From the human T2T-CHM13v2.0 reference genome, Homo sapiens, in NCBI RefSeq assembly GCF_009914755.1, contig NC_060930.1: DNA of 64,000 nucleotides. One strand, written 5' to 3'. How positions within the stretch are numbered: position 1 is the first letter of the stretch; each line of letters starts with the position of its first letter. Of this stretch, positions 51,420-64,000 are shown in pieces. The notes below the pieces were generated by a model. That model worked only from the letters and a program-made list of their open reading frames with translations, did no database searches and was not told where the DNA came from. Made by a program: the position numbers and the translations under genes.

Positions 51420-51808
51420 TGTTATGTGCTAAATTGTGTTGCCAAAAGTTCATATGTTGAAGTCCTAACCCCCAGCACTTCAGAATATGTCCATGTTTGG
51501 TGGCGGGGCCTTTAGAGGTTATTAGGAAAAATAAGGTCTCATGGATAGGCCCTAATCCAATATGCTGGTGACATTAGAAGAAGAGATTAGGACATGGACA
51601 AAATATAAACAGAGGGGTGACCATCTCTGAGGTCACAGTGAGAAGGCTGCCATCTGCAAACCAAGAAGAGAGGCCTCAGAAGACACCAAACCTGCTGACA
51701 CTTTGATCTCAAACTTCCAGCCTTCAGAAAAATCAGAAAATAAATTTCTGTTGTTTAAATCACTCAATCTATGGCATTTTGTTATGGCAGCCCTAGAAAA
51801 CTAATACA
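51420..51808 (+). mobile_element. MLT1B MaLR solo LTR
   Basis: TGTTATG...CATATGTTGAAGTCCTAACCCCCAG...GAGGCCTCAGAAGACACCAAACCTGCTGAC...CTAATACA. Confidence 0.88.
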
Positions 51809-52882
51809 GAAGCCTTACACAAAAGAGTACATACTGAATTATTCCAATTATATGAAGTTCTATAACAGGCAAACTATTCTAAGGTGAAAAAAATCAGAAA
51901 AGTAGTTACCTCTGAGGGGTGGGTAGGGGATTATTTGGGAAGGGGCATTCCAGGACATTTTGGAGTGGTGGTAAAAAAAAAAAGTTTGGGTTACACAAAT
52001 ATATACATTGATCAAAACTAATGAATGTCTACTTAAGATTTGTGCATTTCATTGTACATAAATGCTATATCAAAAGAGAAAAACTAGAAAAGTTATTGGA
52101 CCCCACTTCTGACATTAGATGTTGTATGGTTCCCATTTCTTCTCTTTTCACTACAATCGCAAACCCAAGCACCAGCTGTGCTATTGATATTTTGCATTTT
52201 GCATTTGCATATCTGCTAAACTCAGCAAGGTGAAATTTGGTGGCTGAAATGCCTGGGCTGTGTTCATTAGCCAAGAGAGGTGAGTTGAAGAATGAAGCTG
52301 AATTGAGAGGTGACATTAACTTTTTATTCCCAGAAAAAAAAAAAACTCAATTGTAACACCAGCCAAAAGCATTTGATCTTCAGTTGAAATAAATTTAGTA
52401 GATCAAAAATCTCAGCATATAAATCTATAATATTCAGGGCCCTGAGTTGAACATTATTAAACTGAGAAGGGCTAATTCTCAGAATTATTTGAGGAGCAAG
52501 GAAATAGAAATTTGCAAGAGACCAGGTGATAGCAGCAGGACCTGTTCATGTAGTCTGGCTTCCTACAGTTACAACATGAGAAAGCCTCTGACTCTGGTTC
52601 AATGTTCAGACACATTTTGGGAAAAGGGGAAGAAAAACTCAAAGGTTCTATCTATGTCCTCCATCCTATAAGTTATCTAGCTTGTATTCTAGATGCTAAT
52701 ATTCTACTTTTTGAGAAATTCTACCCTTTGTGCCTTTCAAGGGATTCAGCATTAATTTCTCAAATTGCCTTAGGACATCTGCTACATAATCTCCTTGGCA
52801 TTTAGATTCTTTTTGGCCCATGTATCAAGTTTCATTTGTTTCTGAGTGAGTTCAATCTTTTTTTACTTCACTAAGATTTCTT

Positions 52883-52925
52883 TTTTTTTAATATACTTTA
52901 AGTTTTAGGGTGCATGTGCAGTACG
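52883..52925 (-). mobile_element. Ultra-short (43 bp) L1PA 3'-end insertion
   Basis: TTTTTTTAATATACTTTAAGTTTTAGGGTGCATGTGCA; TSD TCAC(T/C)AAGATTTCTT at 52868-52882 and 52926-52940. Confidence 0.85.
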
Positions 52926-53832
52926 TCACCAAGATTTCTTATTTCACCTGAAGGAAATGGGTGGGAAGCCATGGCTCAGGATGACCCATGCAGCTATGGC
53001 TCCAAAAGTCTGATCGTAGAAGAGGAAAACAAACAGCAGTTCTGAATCTATGAGATTTTGGATGAGGCATTAAATATAGTATTTTTAGGTTTATTATGAG
53101 AGTCCTTCTCACAATACTCAGCTTTTTGAATAAACCTAAAAAAAGTACTAAGCTTTCAAAATATTTGAAGAAAAAATTGTCTAGCTTTCAACTTGACAGC
53201 ACTTCTGAAGAAATCTCTTACTGCCTGAACTCCTCACTTTTCTCCTCTTTATTCTTTTGTAAATAAAAAGATGTTGCTTCGAATGGGCTAGAAGCTCAGC
53301 ATGGTCCATAGAATGAAAGGTGCTAGAAATCGGTGAGATTATCCCAATCTCCATCTGGAAGAGTCCAACATTGACTGTGAAAACCAACACTTAGCTATAA
53401 TTCAAAGACTTTATGAGGTCTCCTAAAAATGCAAATCCTATTCTTCTAGGTCCTATCTTTCTATATAGGATATTACAGAGAGGTGTATTCTGAATCTCTT
53501 TTACATCCTTCTAAGACTAATATTACATTTTTAAAAATCCTTAAATAAATGAATAAAATTCTTTAAAACCTTACAAAACTGACCAATACGTAGGATCTGA
53601 GTCAGGAAGCTGATGTGAATGATATTATGATTGCTCCCTGAAGTTTCTGATCACTATAATATTCTGTTCATTTTTACTTTGCTCACACCCTGGAGTGGAA
53701 ATTTGTCTCCATTTGTGAACTTCAATGTGACAACATTTTAAGGACAACATGTTCTTCCATATATTTTTTTCAGTCAAGATTCTTTCTGGCTGGTCTTTAC
53801 ATTTCTGGTTGGTCATACTTCACAGAGACTTT

Positions 53833-54367
53833 TTTTTTCTTCAACTTTTATTTTAAGTCTGGGATACACGTGCAGGATGTGCAAGTTTGTTACATAGGTA
53901 AAAGTGTGCTATAGTGGTTTGCTGAACAGATCATCCCATCACCTACGTGTTAAGCCCAGCATCTATCAGCTGTTCTTCCTGATGCTCTCCCTCCCGCAAC
54001 CCTACCTCTGATGGGCCCCAGTGTGTATTTTCCCCACTTCCATATGTTAATGTGTTCTCATCATTCAGCTCCCACTTATAAGTGAGAACATGCAGTGTTT
54101 GGTTTTCTGTTCCTGTGTCAGTTTACTGAGGAGCATGGCTTCTAAGTCTATCCATGTCCTTGCAAAGGGCATGATCTTGTTCCTTTTTATGGCTGCATAG
54201 TATTCCATGGTATATATGCACCACATTTTCTTTACCCAGTCTATCATTGATGGGCATTTAGGTTGATTCCATACCCTCGCTATTGTGAATAACGCTGCAA
54301 TGAACATACATGTGCATATATCTTTATAATAGAATGGCTTATATTCTTCTGGGGATATACCCAGTAA
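53833..54367 (-). mobile_element. 5'-truncated L1PA11-13-like element
   Basis: GCTGAACAGATCATCCCATCACC...TTCTTCCTGATGCTCTCCC; TSD AGAGACTTT at 53824-53832 and 54368-54376. Confidence 0.88.
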
Positions 54368-54724
54368 AGAGACTTTCATCAAACACCACTCTCCCCAAGG
54401 ATAGATCATAATCAATGCCTCAGCTAACTTCTTTCTAAATCCTCCTATTCCTTAGATTCTACTTAGTTCCCTTAATAAATATGAAATCTAAAGCCCCTTA
54501 ACTCCCTTAATAAAATAACGGTACTATTATGCTTTATCTCAACCCATCCCAACTGAGCTTAGCAAGTGTCAGGAATAGTGACACAATCAATAACCCAACA
54601 ACTGTGGAACTTTATAATCCAAATCCCCCACGAAAATAAATGGATATTATTTGACCCAAATTGTGTTTTAATCAAATCTTTCAGCGACTAAATATTGTTT
54701 CTCAGAATACAGCAATATGGAGAG

Positions 54725-55059
54725 TGATGTGATTTGGCTGTGCCTCCACCCAAATCTCATCTTGAATTCCCATGTGTTGTGGGAGGGACCCGATGGAGGG
54801 TAGTTGAATCATGGGGCAGGTCTTTCCTGTGCTGTTCTTGTGGTGGTGAATGAGTCTCACAGGATTCAATGATGTATAAGGGGGAGTTTTCCTGCACAAG
54901 ATCTCTTATCTTGTCTGTCGCCATGTGAGACATGCCTTTCACCTTCCACCATGATTGTGAAACCTCCCCAGCTTCTGAAAGTCCATTAAATGTCTTTCTT
55001 TTGTAAATTGCCCAGTCTCAGGTATGTCTTTATCAGCAGCGTGAAAATGAACTAATACA
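54725..55059 (+). mobile_element. THE1A/B MaLR solo LTR
   Basis: TGATGTGATTTGGCTGTG...CTTGAATTCCCATGTGTTGTGGGAGGGACC...GTATGTCTTTATCAGCAGCGTGAAAATGAACTAATACA; TSD GAGAG/GAAAG. Confidence 0.92.
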
Positions 55060-57934
55060 GAAAGTAAATGAAAATATTTAAATCTCTGAAGTATTCATGA
55101 AAACAATTTTGCCATTTCCAAACGGTCAGGCCCCTTTAAAATCCAAGCTAACAGAAAAAATAATAATTTAATACACATCAAAGTTCAGCCAACATCACAA
55201 AGGGAGTCTTCAAACTCTTGAATTGATATAAGAAGATCATATTTCTTTGGTACTTTTCCAGTTTCCAGAAGACAGTAGTATGATGAGTCTTAATTTCTAT
55301 ATATTGATTGACAAGATACACTTTTGTGTGTGAAATCAGTGTAATAAATAACCGAACATTATATCCTCCAAATATTCATTAGGCAATAGCACAATGCTGG
55401 TAGGTAATATACTTTATCTTGGACTGTTCATCCAAGTTTAAATCTAAATTTATTAGATTATTCTGCACATATTCTTTCCAGGTCTTTCTCTGCAAAGTGG
55501 ATAAAAAATGGAGCACAGTTTCTTAAGCTAATTCATCTTCATAACTTCACCATATTAAATGCAATCTCTGTGATAAATTGAAATGTAATTTCACATACAT
55601 TTTTAAGGGGTTAATATTATTAAATGTGTAAACTCAGTTCACCGCAATATCTTCACCTGGAAATACTAAAATGTGAAATGATTTCCTAAAACTTAATATG
55701 AACTTCATTGACACTGCTGGAAATGTGTTGCCACATACTTATTAGAGCAAGCAATATTATAGGCCTAAGCCGACTAGGGTGGAATGACAATTTCTACTAC
55801 TATGACTTGAGATTAATAATGATGAAAATAATTGACAACTTTTTATTCAAAATCATCTGTGGGAAAAACAAATTCTTTTAAATATATATATAAGATAGAA
55901 AATAGGCTGAAACCAATCTTGACCATATCTCTTCTGGGAGAATAAAGTTGGCTCTCCTATGTCTTGATTTGACAATACGTGTAGACAAAAACACAGTCTC
56001 CTTTTTTCCCTTGAGCAAACTCCCCCAAAGCTATCAAATTCATTTTAACTTAAATCACTCAATGACTCATAAAGTTCATATCTGTTTCAAAAAGATAGCT
56101 CTGAAAAGAAGGCTCAATAACAAGTGACAACAATCAGTAAAAATATTTTGGCAAATTGTTGCCCATGGTAAGACTTTTTTAAAGAAATGATAAAAACATA
56201 CATATCCATTGAAAACTAGACAATCTTTGGGATATCTCACCTGAGTGTCAGTGTAACAAACATGCCAAGCACCAAGAAAGTCCAAACAGAAAACTTTCCA
56301 CATACTCAGTTGTTATTTGCTGGATTATAAAACTATATGGCTTATGTATAAATAAATATATAACAGTAGAAATCCCCTCATTATTTCAAGTATTCCAAAG
56401 ACTACTAGGAGAATTATGATAATCTGGTGATCTTAAGCACTAAAAAAAAATGTTGGGTAATTCGAGTAAACAAAAGTATTAAGGAGATCGCTAGCATTTT
56501 GATTGCTTCACAGTATAGAATGAGTACTTCATATTTTGTAGATTCCAAAAAACCTCAGAGTTGAGACAGAAAAATCTACGACTGTAATATGTGATCAATT
56601 TTATAAAAATAAAAATATCCCCAAGAAAAGATCTTTTGTTATAGATTTATTTAGCATCTGACCAATATGTGTAAGTATTCCCAACCCAGTTTAAGCAACT
56701 AATCCTAAAAGAGATTGTTAAGTATAACTTCCTGCCTGACAAAAAAAAAAAAAGCAAACTCCTTTATCTTCTCAAATTTAAGAACAGTCAATCTGTGAAA
56801 TTTACTCTAAAATCCTATAACTTTAATTTCATCACCTAACATACATTAAAACATATAAAGTAGAAAACATATATAAGATAAAATCTAAGATTGATAGTTA
56901 ACCTATTGCTTTCGTATATGAGAAATTTTTACTAAGTACAAAGACAATGGAGCTCATTTCAGAAACAAGCGTTTGTACACCCATGTTTTACTTCATTAAA
57001 CAGAATGAACCTGCCAACCAGGAAGTAGGCAAAAAAAGGACACCAAAACACACCATTACCTATCCCCCAACTCAGAAGAGCGCATTCTCCATCAACCTGA
57101 ACAATGAGGAGGGCTTGCTTATCAATATTCTGCCAAATTTCTGAACCAACCAAAATAAAATTCCCATCCATCTTCATTCAATATCTACAAAACTACTGAA
57201 AAATTATGATGTGCATCAGAGAACTATACTGCAAAACAGAAGTTTCCATCTCATGCCTACAGAACCTCATTAGATAACTGAATTTGGCTTAGGCATTTTG
57301 CATATCATGTTGTCCTATAGCTAGAGATCTGAAAATCTACAGCTCCGAAGTGGACAGTAAGTAGCACACACAGTCTGTTTTGTCCAAAAAGAGAGAGAGA
57401 GAGATCTTGAAGCCCAAATAGAGGCAATGTCATCCTCCCAATTCCTAAAAGAATAAATAAGCTTTGGAAACTGGTATGATAAAATCCAGAACAAAATTTT
57501 AGAAAATGTCTTGGATTCCTCAATAAAATAAAAGAAGACATGGTCTATATGATAAAGTAACATAAAGTAATAAGGAGTGAACAAACATATTTAAACATAA
57601 CAGAGTGAGATTTAAAAAATAACAGGTTTGAGCTTGAAAACTATGATGCAGTAAATAAAAAGTAGAGGTAGAAAAAAAAACAGTATTCACAGTTTAAATC
57701 CAGTAATTGATGAGGAAAACAGAGTTGAGAAGCTATGTCAGAGTGCAGAGGATAAGAGTAGATATTAACAGATTGAGTCACTATAAAAGGAAAAAAATAT
57801 GTCCATCATAAAAAATCTAGACATTCACAAGAAATATACAAGAATAGGAAGAAAAAAGAAGTTTGAAACAAAGCAGTAACCAGAAGTACAATGAAAAAGT
57901 CTTCCCAAACTAAGACAAAATATTGTGTGAATAT

Positions 57935-59060
57935 GCATTCATTTATTACATACAAGTACAAATAATTACTTGGGTACCATTATACAAAATACACTGAGAA
58001 TAAATTTTTTAAAGGGATATCTTTACCCTGCGAGTAATTAGGAAACACAGACAGATAATCACATGACTAAACATAAAATTACAACCAGGACAAGAGAGTA
58101 GGTGGTGATATGAGAGCATGTGACGGGGATGTGAGCTAATCAGGAGGTCAGAAAAGGTTTCCCTGAGGAAATTATGTTTCATATAAGGTTTGAGAGACAG
58201 TGGAAATTAACCAGGGAATAGGTGAGTCCCAGGTAGAGAGAATAGCATATGCAAAGACCTATAGTCAAAGTGAGCATAGCATGGTTGAGGAACGGTAGGT
58301 TGAGGTATGGCTGAGGAACAGAAGGCCCATGAAACAAGAAGGCTAGAGTCAAGAGGAACATGGATGAGATGACAACTGGGGAGACATGCAAGGGCTAGAT
58401 TATCCAGCGCACTGTAGGTCAACGACTTCAACCATTTTTTTTTTAACACCATGACCTAAAGTCAGAAATACTTTCTATATCATAGCCCAGTACACAAACC
58501 CGTATGTACATATACAGAAATCAATTTGCTAGATCATGAGAGCATTTAAAAAAATGAAAGAACAGAATAAAATGGAACATACCAGAGTGCTTTTCTTATT
58601 GTAAAAGTAGGTAGCAGTTCATGAAATCTTTTGTTTAGGTTTATTTATATTTTACATGTATATTCCATCTGTATAATGATTTATTTAATGCTTTCATGAT
58701 CTCACAAATTGATTTTATGACACATCAATAGATCCCCACCTGCAGTTTAAAAAATTCTATAGTAAATCTATGTTAGAGATTTCACTCTTTATCTAAAAGC
58801 CATCAAATTTATTTAAGCAGATATATGATGTGAACAGATTTGAATTTGGAGACAAAACAATCTTTATGACTACAATGTGTAGATTTGTAAAGAAGCAAGT
58901 CTAAGGCTCTTATAGTGAGACTCCTGGTAAGAGATATCAGTGGTTTGACCTTGGATGGGAACAGGAGATTAAGAAAGTGAACATCAATTCCAGAGTTGAT
59001 GGAGGTAAAGAATCAACAGGACATTCTGATAAGATAAATATGGACACAATTTTCAAAGAT
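57935..59060 (-). mobile_element. L2 split by a hAT element
   Basis: CATTCATTTATT...GGTCAGAAAAGGTTTCCCTGAGGAA...AATAGCATATGCAAAGACC. Confidence 0.65.
58418..58760. mobile_element. hAT-Charlie MITE with an internal inversion
   Basis: ATGACCTAAAGTCAGAAATACTTTCTATATCATAGCCCAGTACAC ... CCTGCAGTTTAAAAAA terminus; 29-bp inverted arms inside. Confidence 0.55.
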
Positions 59061-62000
59061 AACTCTTAGATTGAGAGGGGCTTAGTATAAATTATTAAAA
59101 AGAAACCGAAGAGTGACAAAATATTGGACTTACAAGAATAAACAAACCATCTAACAAGCAGTCCTCCAGAAAACACGTTACTAACAGAGAAATCAAAACT
59201 GGGCTGGCTTCAGACTCTTCTTTTGCAATGTGAAATGCCAAGAGGTAACGAAAAAAGCAACCACAGAATTTTGAAGGAAAAAAGGTGGTGAACTAAAATG
59301 TTATGCTAAGCCAACTTGTCATTCACGCATGAAGGAAATAGAAAGTTATTATAAAGTGCAGGCATATTCACAAAAACATATCCACAATCTTGAAAAAAAT
59401 TACTTGACATTGTTCTACCAAGGGATAAATCCAAATTTAAAATCTAAGAATGAGAAGGTCATGATTTAAAAAAAGATTAATAATTGATACTGAAACTGAA
59501 ACCAATTAATAATTGAGTTTGTGATTATTAAGATAAAACTTAATACAAAGTAGAAAAAACTGAAAAAACATACGTAATATTAAAAATTTAAAATTATAAG
59601 AATCAGAATAAAACACAAATTATATTAAAAGGGAAGATGATTAAAGCATGCTAAATATCTCACATAAAACAGGGAAATAAAGATTCAAAAGATCCAACTG
59701 CACTAGATTTTGATTATTAAAAAGAACCTTTGAAGAATATTTTTGAATAAATGTAAGTGTAGCTACAAGCTGAATGTGAAACACAATGTAAATCTTCAAA
59801 ATCACTGTATTTTAAAATTTACAATATAAAAATAGTTTAGAAATAGTTCTTTTAGAGACCGCAAAAAAGTTAAGGAGTGTGTAAAAAAGCAAAAAAGGGA
59901 ACAATAAAACAAAATAGCAAAAACAAAACTCTTACAAGACAAATTAAACATATCACTTATAAACTTTAAGACCTCATTTTGAAGACAAAGAATACTTAGA
60001 CAGTGAAAAACTTCTTACAAAGCTAATATAGAATGAAAAGTATTAAAAATTACTTTTTAAAAATGATTTAGGGCCAGTTTACCAGTAACCTCTTTCTTGT
60101 ATCAAATTATAAAGATCAAGTAATTCTCATTTCATACTATTACTCGACTGTAATAAAAAATGAAAAGCCATTCAATAAATTTTCTGAAACCAACACAATT
60201 CTTGTGACACAGTTTAATGTAAACATTTTTTAAAGTTTTAAGATTTGTCACTTGAGAAATACTCATGTAAAAATGAGAATAAAAACAAAAATAGAAACTT
60301 CAGATATATGGCCAAATTTACTTATAAAAATAGTCTTCAAGGTTTTATTTGAACTCAAAATGTCAGAAAATCAAGACAGAACCTAAGGAAAATTGGAAGA
60401 AAAAAATTGGAGAAGTTATTAAATATAATCAAGTAATCAATTACTAAAATAATTGAATAAATTTGAACATAATAGAAATGGATTGTAAAATTTTCAGTTA
60501 TTTTTAAAAAAGATTTACACTTTGATAAACTTAGCAGAAGAGAAAAAACACAAACATTATTAATGAGAAAGCATATATAATCAAGAAACATGGGATTATT
60601 TAAAAGTATGAAAGAATATCATATGCAAATATTCCATACAAAATGTTATAGATATTTTAAAATATAAAATTATAAATATTGTGTGTAATGGACAGTTTGT
60701 GAGAAAATATAAATAATCAAGATGGACTCAAAAGAAGTGAAATATCTTAACAGGCCCATAGCTATGGACATTATGTTTTAATTTGAAGAATTGCCTTCAA
60801 AGAATGCTATAGAATCCAACAGTTTTATAAGCAAGATCCTTCAACTGTCAAGGAACAGATATTTCTTACGATCTATAAGCCATTTTGGAGTACTAAAACA
60901 TTTGGAATGCTATTTTTAATACATTTAGTGAAGCAAAGCCATTCCCAATATCAAAATTTCACAAAATTAAAAGGACAAAGATGTAAAGAGAAAGCTATAC
61001 ACAATTTTGGTTAGAAACGCTAGGACTGGGCAGGAGTCCTAAGAAATAGAGTGTAACAGAACATTAGCAAATAACATTTCACATCAGTGGGAAAGGGTGA
61101 TTTGTTAAAAATGGTGCTGAGATTCAGGTTCATTTTGAAATAAAATAATTTAGATGTATTCACATATACCAAGTTAAATAATCCAAATGAATAAAATTTA
61201 AGTGTAAGAGGTGAAAGTATAAAAGAACTAGAAGAAAATTTAGAAACACATTCATACCACTTTGGAGTGGGGAAGACATTTCAAACTATAGCAAAGAAGA
61301 AAACGTAAAGGGAAAAGTCTTCCTAGTAAGACTTGGGACTTTATCATTTCGGTCATATTTTTTTCTCTTCACTACTTAAAATTACATTCTTCTGCCTGGG
61401 AATATTATATTTTTCTTGTTAAAAATCATAACTTGCCTAAGTCTAGGTTTTAGTAGGCATAATCATTGCCTAGCTAAATTTCAGCTTTTCAAAGTTGAAA
61501 AATGAACCAGACGAGGAAGACTTTATGGAAAAAAAGCAGAAACAAAATTACAATGGAAAAGATTGACTAAATAAAAATGAAAGTTTCTAATACCAAAGAT
61601 TAAATTAAAAGGCAAATCATAAACTATGAATGTATTTGCAACAAATATCACAGCGATAATATCCTTAATAAAATAAAACACAAATTTCCCAACAACTGAG
61701 AGTTCAATGAATTATAAATTATTTGCATAAAGAATTATTAACCATTAAAATAGTTTTCATGAGGAAATGGGCATGATTTTTTATTAAATGGAAGACTAAT
61801 ACAAAATCATATATCCATATAGATATATAGACATAGATATATCTCAATTCCAAATGCTTATATGCACTATATGTTCTCATTCATAATATACATCTGTATA
61901 CCATATGTAAATTTATATTCATATGTTTAGACACATGCATTTATTCATTGTGGCAACAAAGCAAATATTAGTTTGCTAATATTTCGACAAAGTGATGTTG

Positions 62001-63299
62001 AAATTATAAATGCATTTCTTTTTATTTTATCTTTATAGATTTATCTACTTGAATTACTTTCATAATACAAAAGTATATAAACAGTTTTTTTAAAAAAAGC
62101 AATTCACTATCTGGCAACTACTCTCTCCCATGCTCCAGTGGAAGTATCTTCCCTGGGGTTCAATTTAATGTTACACCTTCAAACTTTATAGAGGGCAACA
62201 TAAAAGGTACTTTGTTCAACATTTTACCTGGGTATTGCGTGATTTTGTGCTTAAAACACTGACTGCTGTGTTCCTCCAAACCACCTATGTAAGAAACTGC
62301 ATGACAGATTCCTCCTAGAGCTTGGTTCCTGTGATTATTTTAACCAACAATAAAATTATATCCAAACTATTTCAGCTTTGCCTGAGCTACCAGGAAACAC
62401 AAAGAGGCAAACTCAATGTCCTGTTATAAAAAAGGTTTTATTTTAACAGTCTAAAAACATGTCCTCTCTCTGTCCCTTACAGATGCTTGCTGCTCTACTC
62501 TTCTTTCTAATCCTACTTGTAACTTTTACATTAATATAGTTTTATATGGCACATCAAACCCCTTTAGGAAAAGGTGAATGTAAATTGTAAATAAAACATG
62601 ACTTGGTCATTCTAAGAGGGGTAACAGAAAATGTTTCATCTGCTTTAAGTCATGTTGATGCATTACAGCATCATCTTAACTCTACTCACCTGAAAAATTT
62701 CCACATCTAAGCTCTAAAAACCTTTAAAAAGGTGGCAAATTGGAGAATAGCATAAAGCCATTAGATTCATGTAGTCTTTGTTTTTGTAGTGAGCTTATTA
62801 GTGATGGCCTTTTGGTTTAAACACTGCCTTTAAGCCTTCGATCCTGGATGCCACCAGGTAATTCATGTTTAAAGAGTCCAAAAAGAAGTATGCACAGTAA
62901 AATCATTATCTCCACAATTAATACTTCCACATTACATCAAATAAATATTGTAAAGCATTTGCCACGTGCTGAGACTTGCTGGGCAGTGGGAATAAATGGA
63001 GACTACCAAAAGCACTGGACCTGCCATGAAAGAGCACAGTATTCCTCTTCTCTCTGATCTGGCACAGGGCATGATCTTTGTTGATTTTGTTCTTCCATGT
63101 CTTACTCTCTGAACCATGATGATGACTAAATTCTGAATCTAATAGGAATCAGATTTCAGATAATTCCCTAAAGCAGTCTGCCAACATTGCAGTAAGAGCA
63201 ATTAAAGGAATCAGGAAAGTAGAATGCTGCTTTCATTTCATTAGGAGGGTAATATTAATCTAATCTTTGGACAAAGTGAAAAACAACATTGGATAATTA

Positions 63300-64000
63300 C
63301 TTTTCAGTTGAAAGATTTCACACTTAAATTTTTTAAATTCCCCCCAGTTGAATAGTTTATATCCACTACTTTCATTCCTCTCTATGCTCCCATCTCTTAA
63401 AGTAATCTGGTTTGGCTCCTCCTTCTTCACTGAACCTTCCCAAGAACCACAAATCTGCATTGTTGCTATCCTCAAAGGCCCTTTTTCTGTTTCTGTTTTG
63501 CCCTCTTTCTCCTTGCATTCCTTGTAGTTTTTAACATGTTTCATCTTGAAGTAATGCTATCAACCTCTGGGATGAGGCAGCATTTCCTGAAGCTATTCCT
63601 TCTTGTTGGTCACTTTGATGACTGCTTTTGTCAATCCTTCCCCACCTCCCCAAACACAGGCTTTTCACAAGGTTGGAACCTTTGCCCCCTCTCTCAAATA
63701 TTCATACTACTTCTTCTGGAAAACTCATTGACTATTAATACTTCAATTATCATTTCTATATGTATGCCACCCAAATCTTTAGCTATCAAAGATGCAGGCC
63801 CACATCTCCAAAGACGAAGTGGTTGGTTCGCATAGACATCCCACCATTGCTTTTAACTCAATATATTTAAAATAAAATTTCTCATCTCCCCTAAACACAC
63901 ACTCACTCGATGACTATTTTGGTTCATAGGCCTCTCAAGCACCCAGACCTCATACCTCTGAGTCATCTCTGAAAACTGTTACTCAAACCATCAGGTTTAA
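63300..64000 (+). mobile_element. L2 RT region, running off the window
   Basis: GGCTTTTCACAAGGTTGGAACCTTTGCCCC (G.PQG..LGP-like), TTCAATTATCATTTCTATATGTATGCCACCCAAATC (YH.YADD.QI-like). Confidence 0.7.

Larger units (their letters stand above)
50775..52090 (+). mobile_element. L1ME/L1MD-like 3' portion hosting MADE1 and MLT1B
   Basis: CAAATGGCCAATGAGTACATG...AAATGCAAATTAAACCCAC; 3'UTR ACTTAAGATTTGTGCATTTCATTGTA. Confidence 0.75.
57400..62100 (+). mobile_element. Highly decayed old L1M(E)/HAL1 sequence with nested L2 and hAT pieces
   Basis: A-rich degenerate ORF1-like (ATCAAAACTGGGCTGGCTTCAGACT) and ORF2-like (ATGGACAGTTTG...GGACTCAAAAGAAGTGAAATATCTTAACAGGCC; AAAAGAACTAGAAGAAAAT) segments. 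Confidence 0.6.

Noticed and set aside
55840-57200. 3'UTR-like AT-rich block with a minus-strand AATAAA and a 72-aa ORF (56959-57177)
   Set aside because: No recognisable protein or convincing terminal exon; AATAAA is frequent in AT-rich DNA.

Overview
Primate (human-like) AT-rich genomic DNA, intronic or intergenic. I recognise no protein-coding host exon, CpG island, tRNA/rRNA gene or CRISPR array. Most of the window is transposable-element sequence. It holds two near-full-length but inactivated LINE-1s arranged head-to-head: an L1PA5-like copy on - at ~20420-26559 with a TSD, and an L1PA8A-like copy on + at ~37012-43605. There are also several 5'-truncated L1s, eight Alus, MaLR/ERVL solo LTRs (MLT2B, MLT1A0, MSTA/B, MLT1F/G, MLT1B, THE1), DNA transposons (Tigger3b, MADE1, MER63A, MER104-like, hAT-Charlie), many L2/MIR relics, STRs, and a tailless U2 snRNA retropseudogene. 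All long ORFs in the track derive from L1, Alu or L2 or are chance ORFs. Most notable: (1) a 144-bp tract (142/144 identical, sharing a private 2-bp frameshift deletion) between the two inverted L1s of different age, indicating ectopic gene conversion; (2) an open ORF0 in the L1PA5 antisense promoter; (3) a series of short templated rearrangements (two 26-bp direct repeats ~0.9-1.2 kb apart, fold-back palindromes in Alu, MADE1, L1 and hAT copies); (4) a possible very old amniote L2-clade RT fossil at ~7.1-7.45 kb. Subfamily names come from remembered consensus sequences and need RepeatMasker/Dfam confirmation. I do not see a new gene system here.
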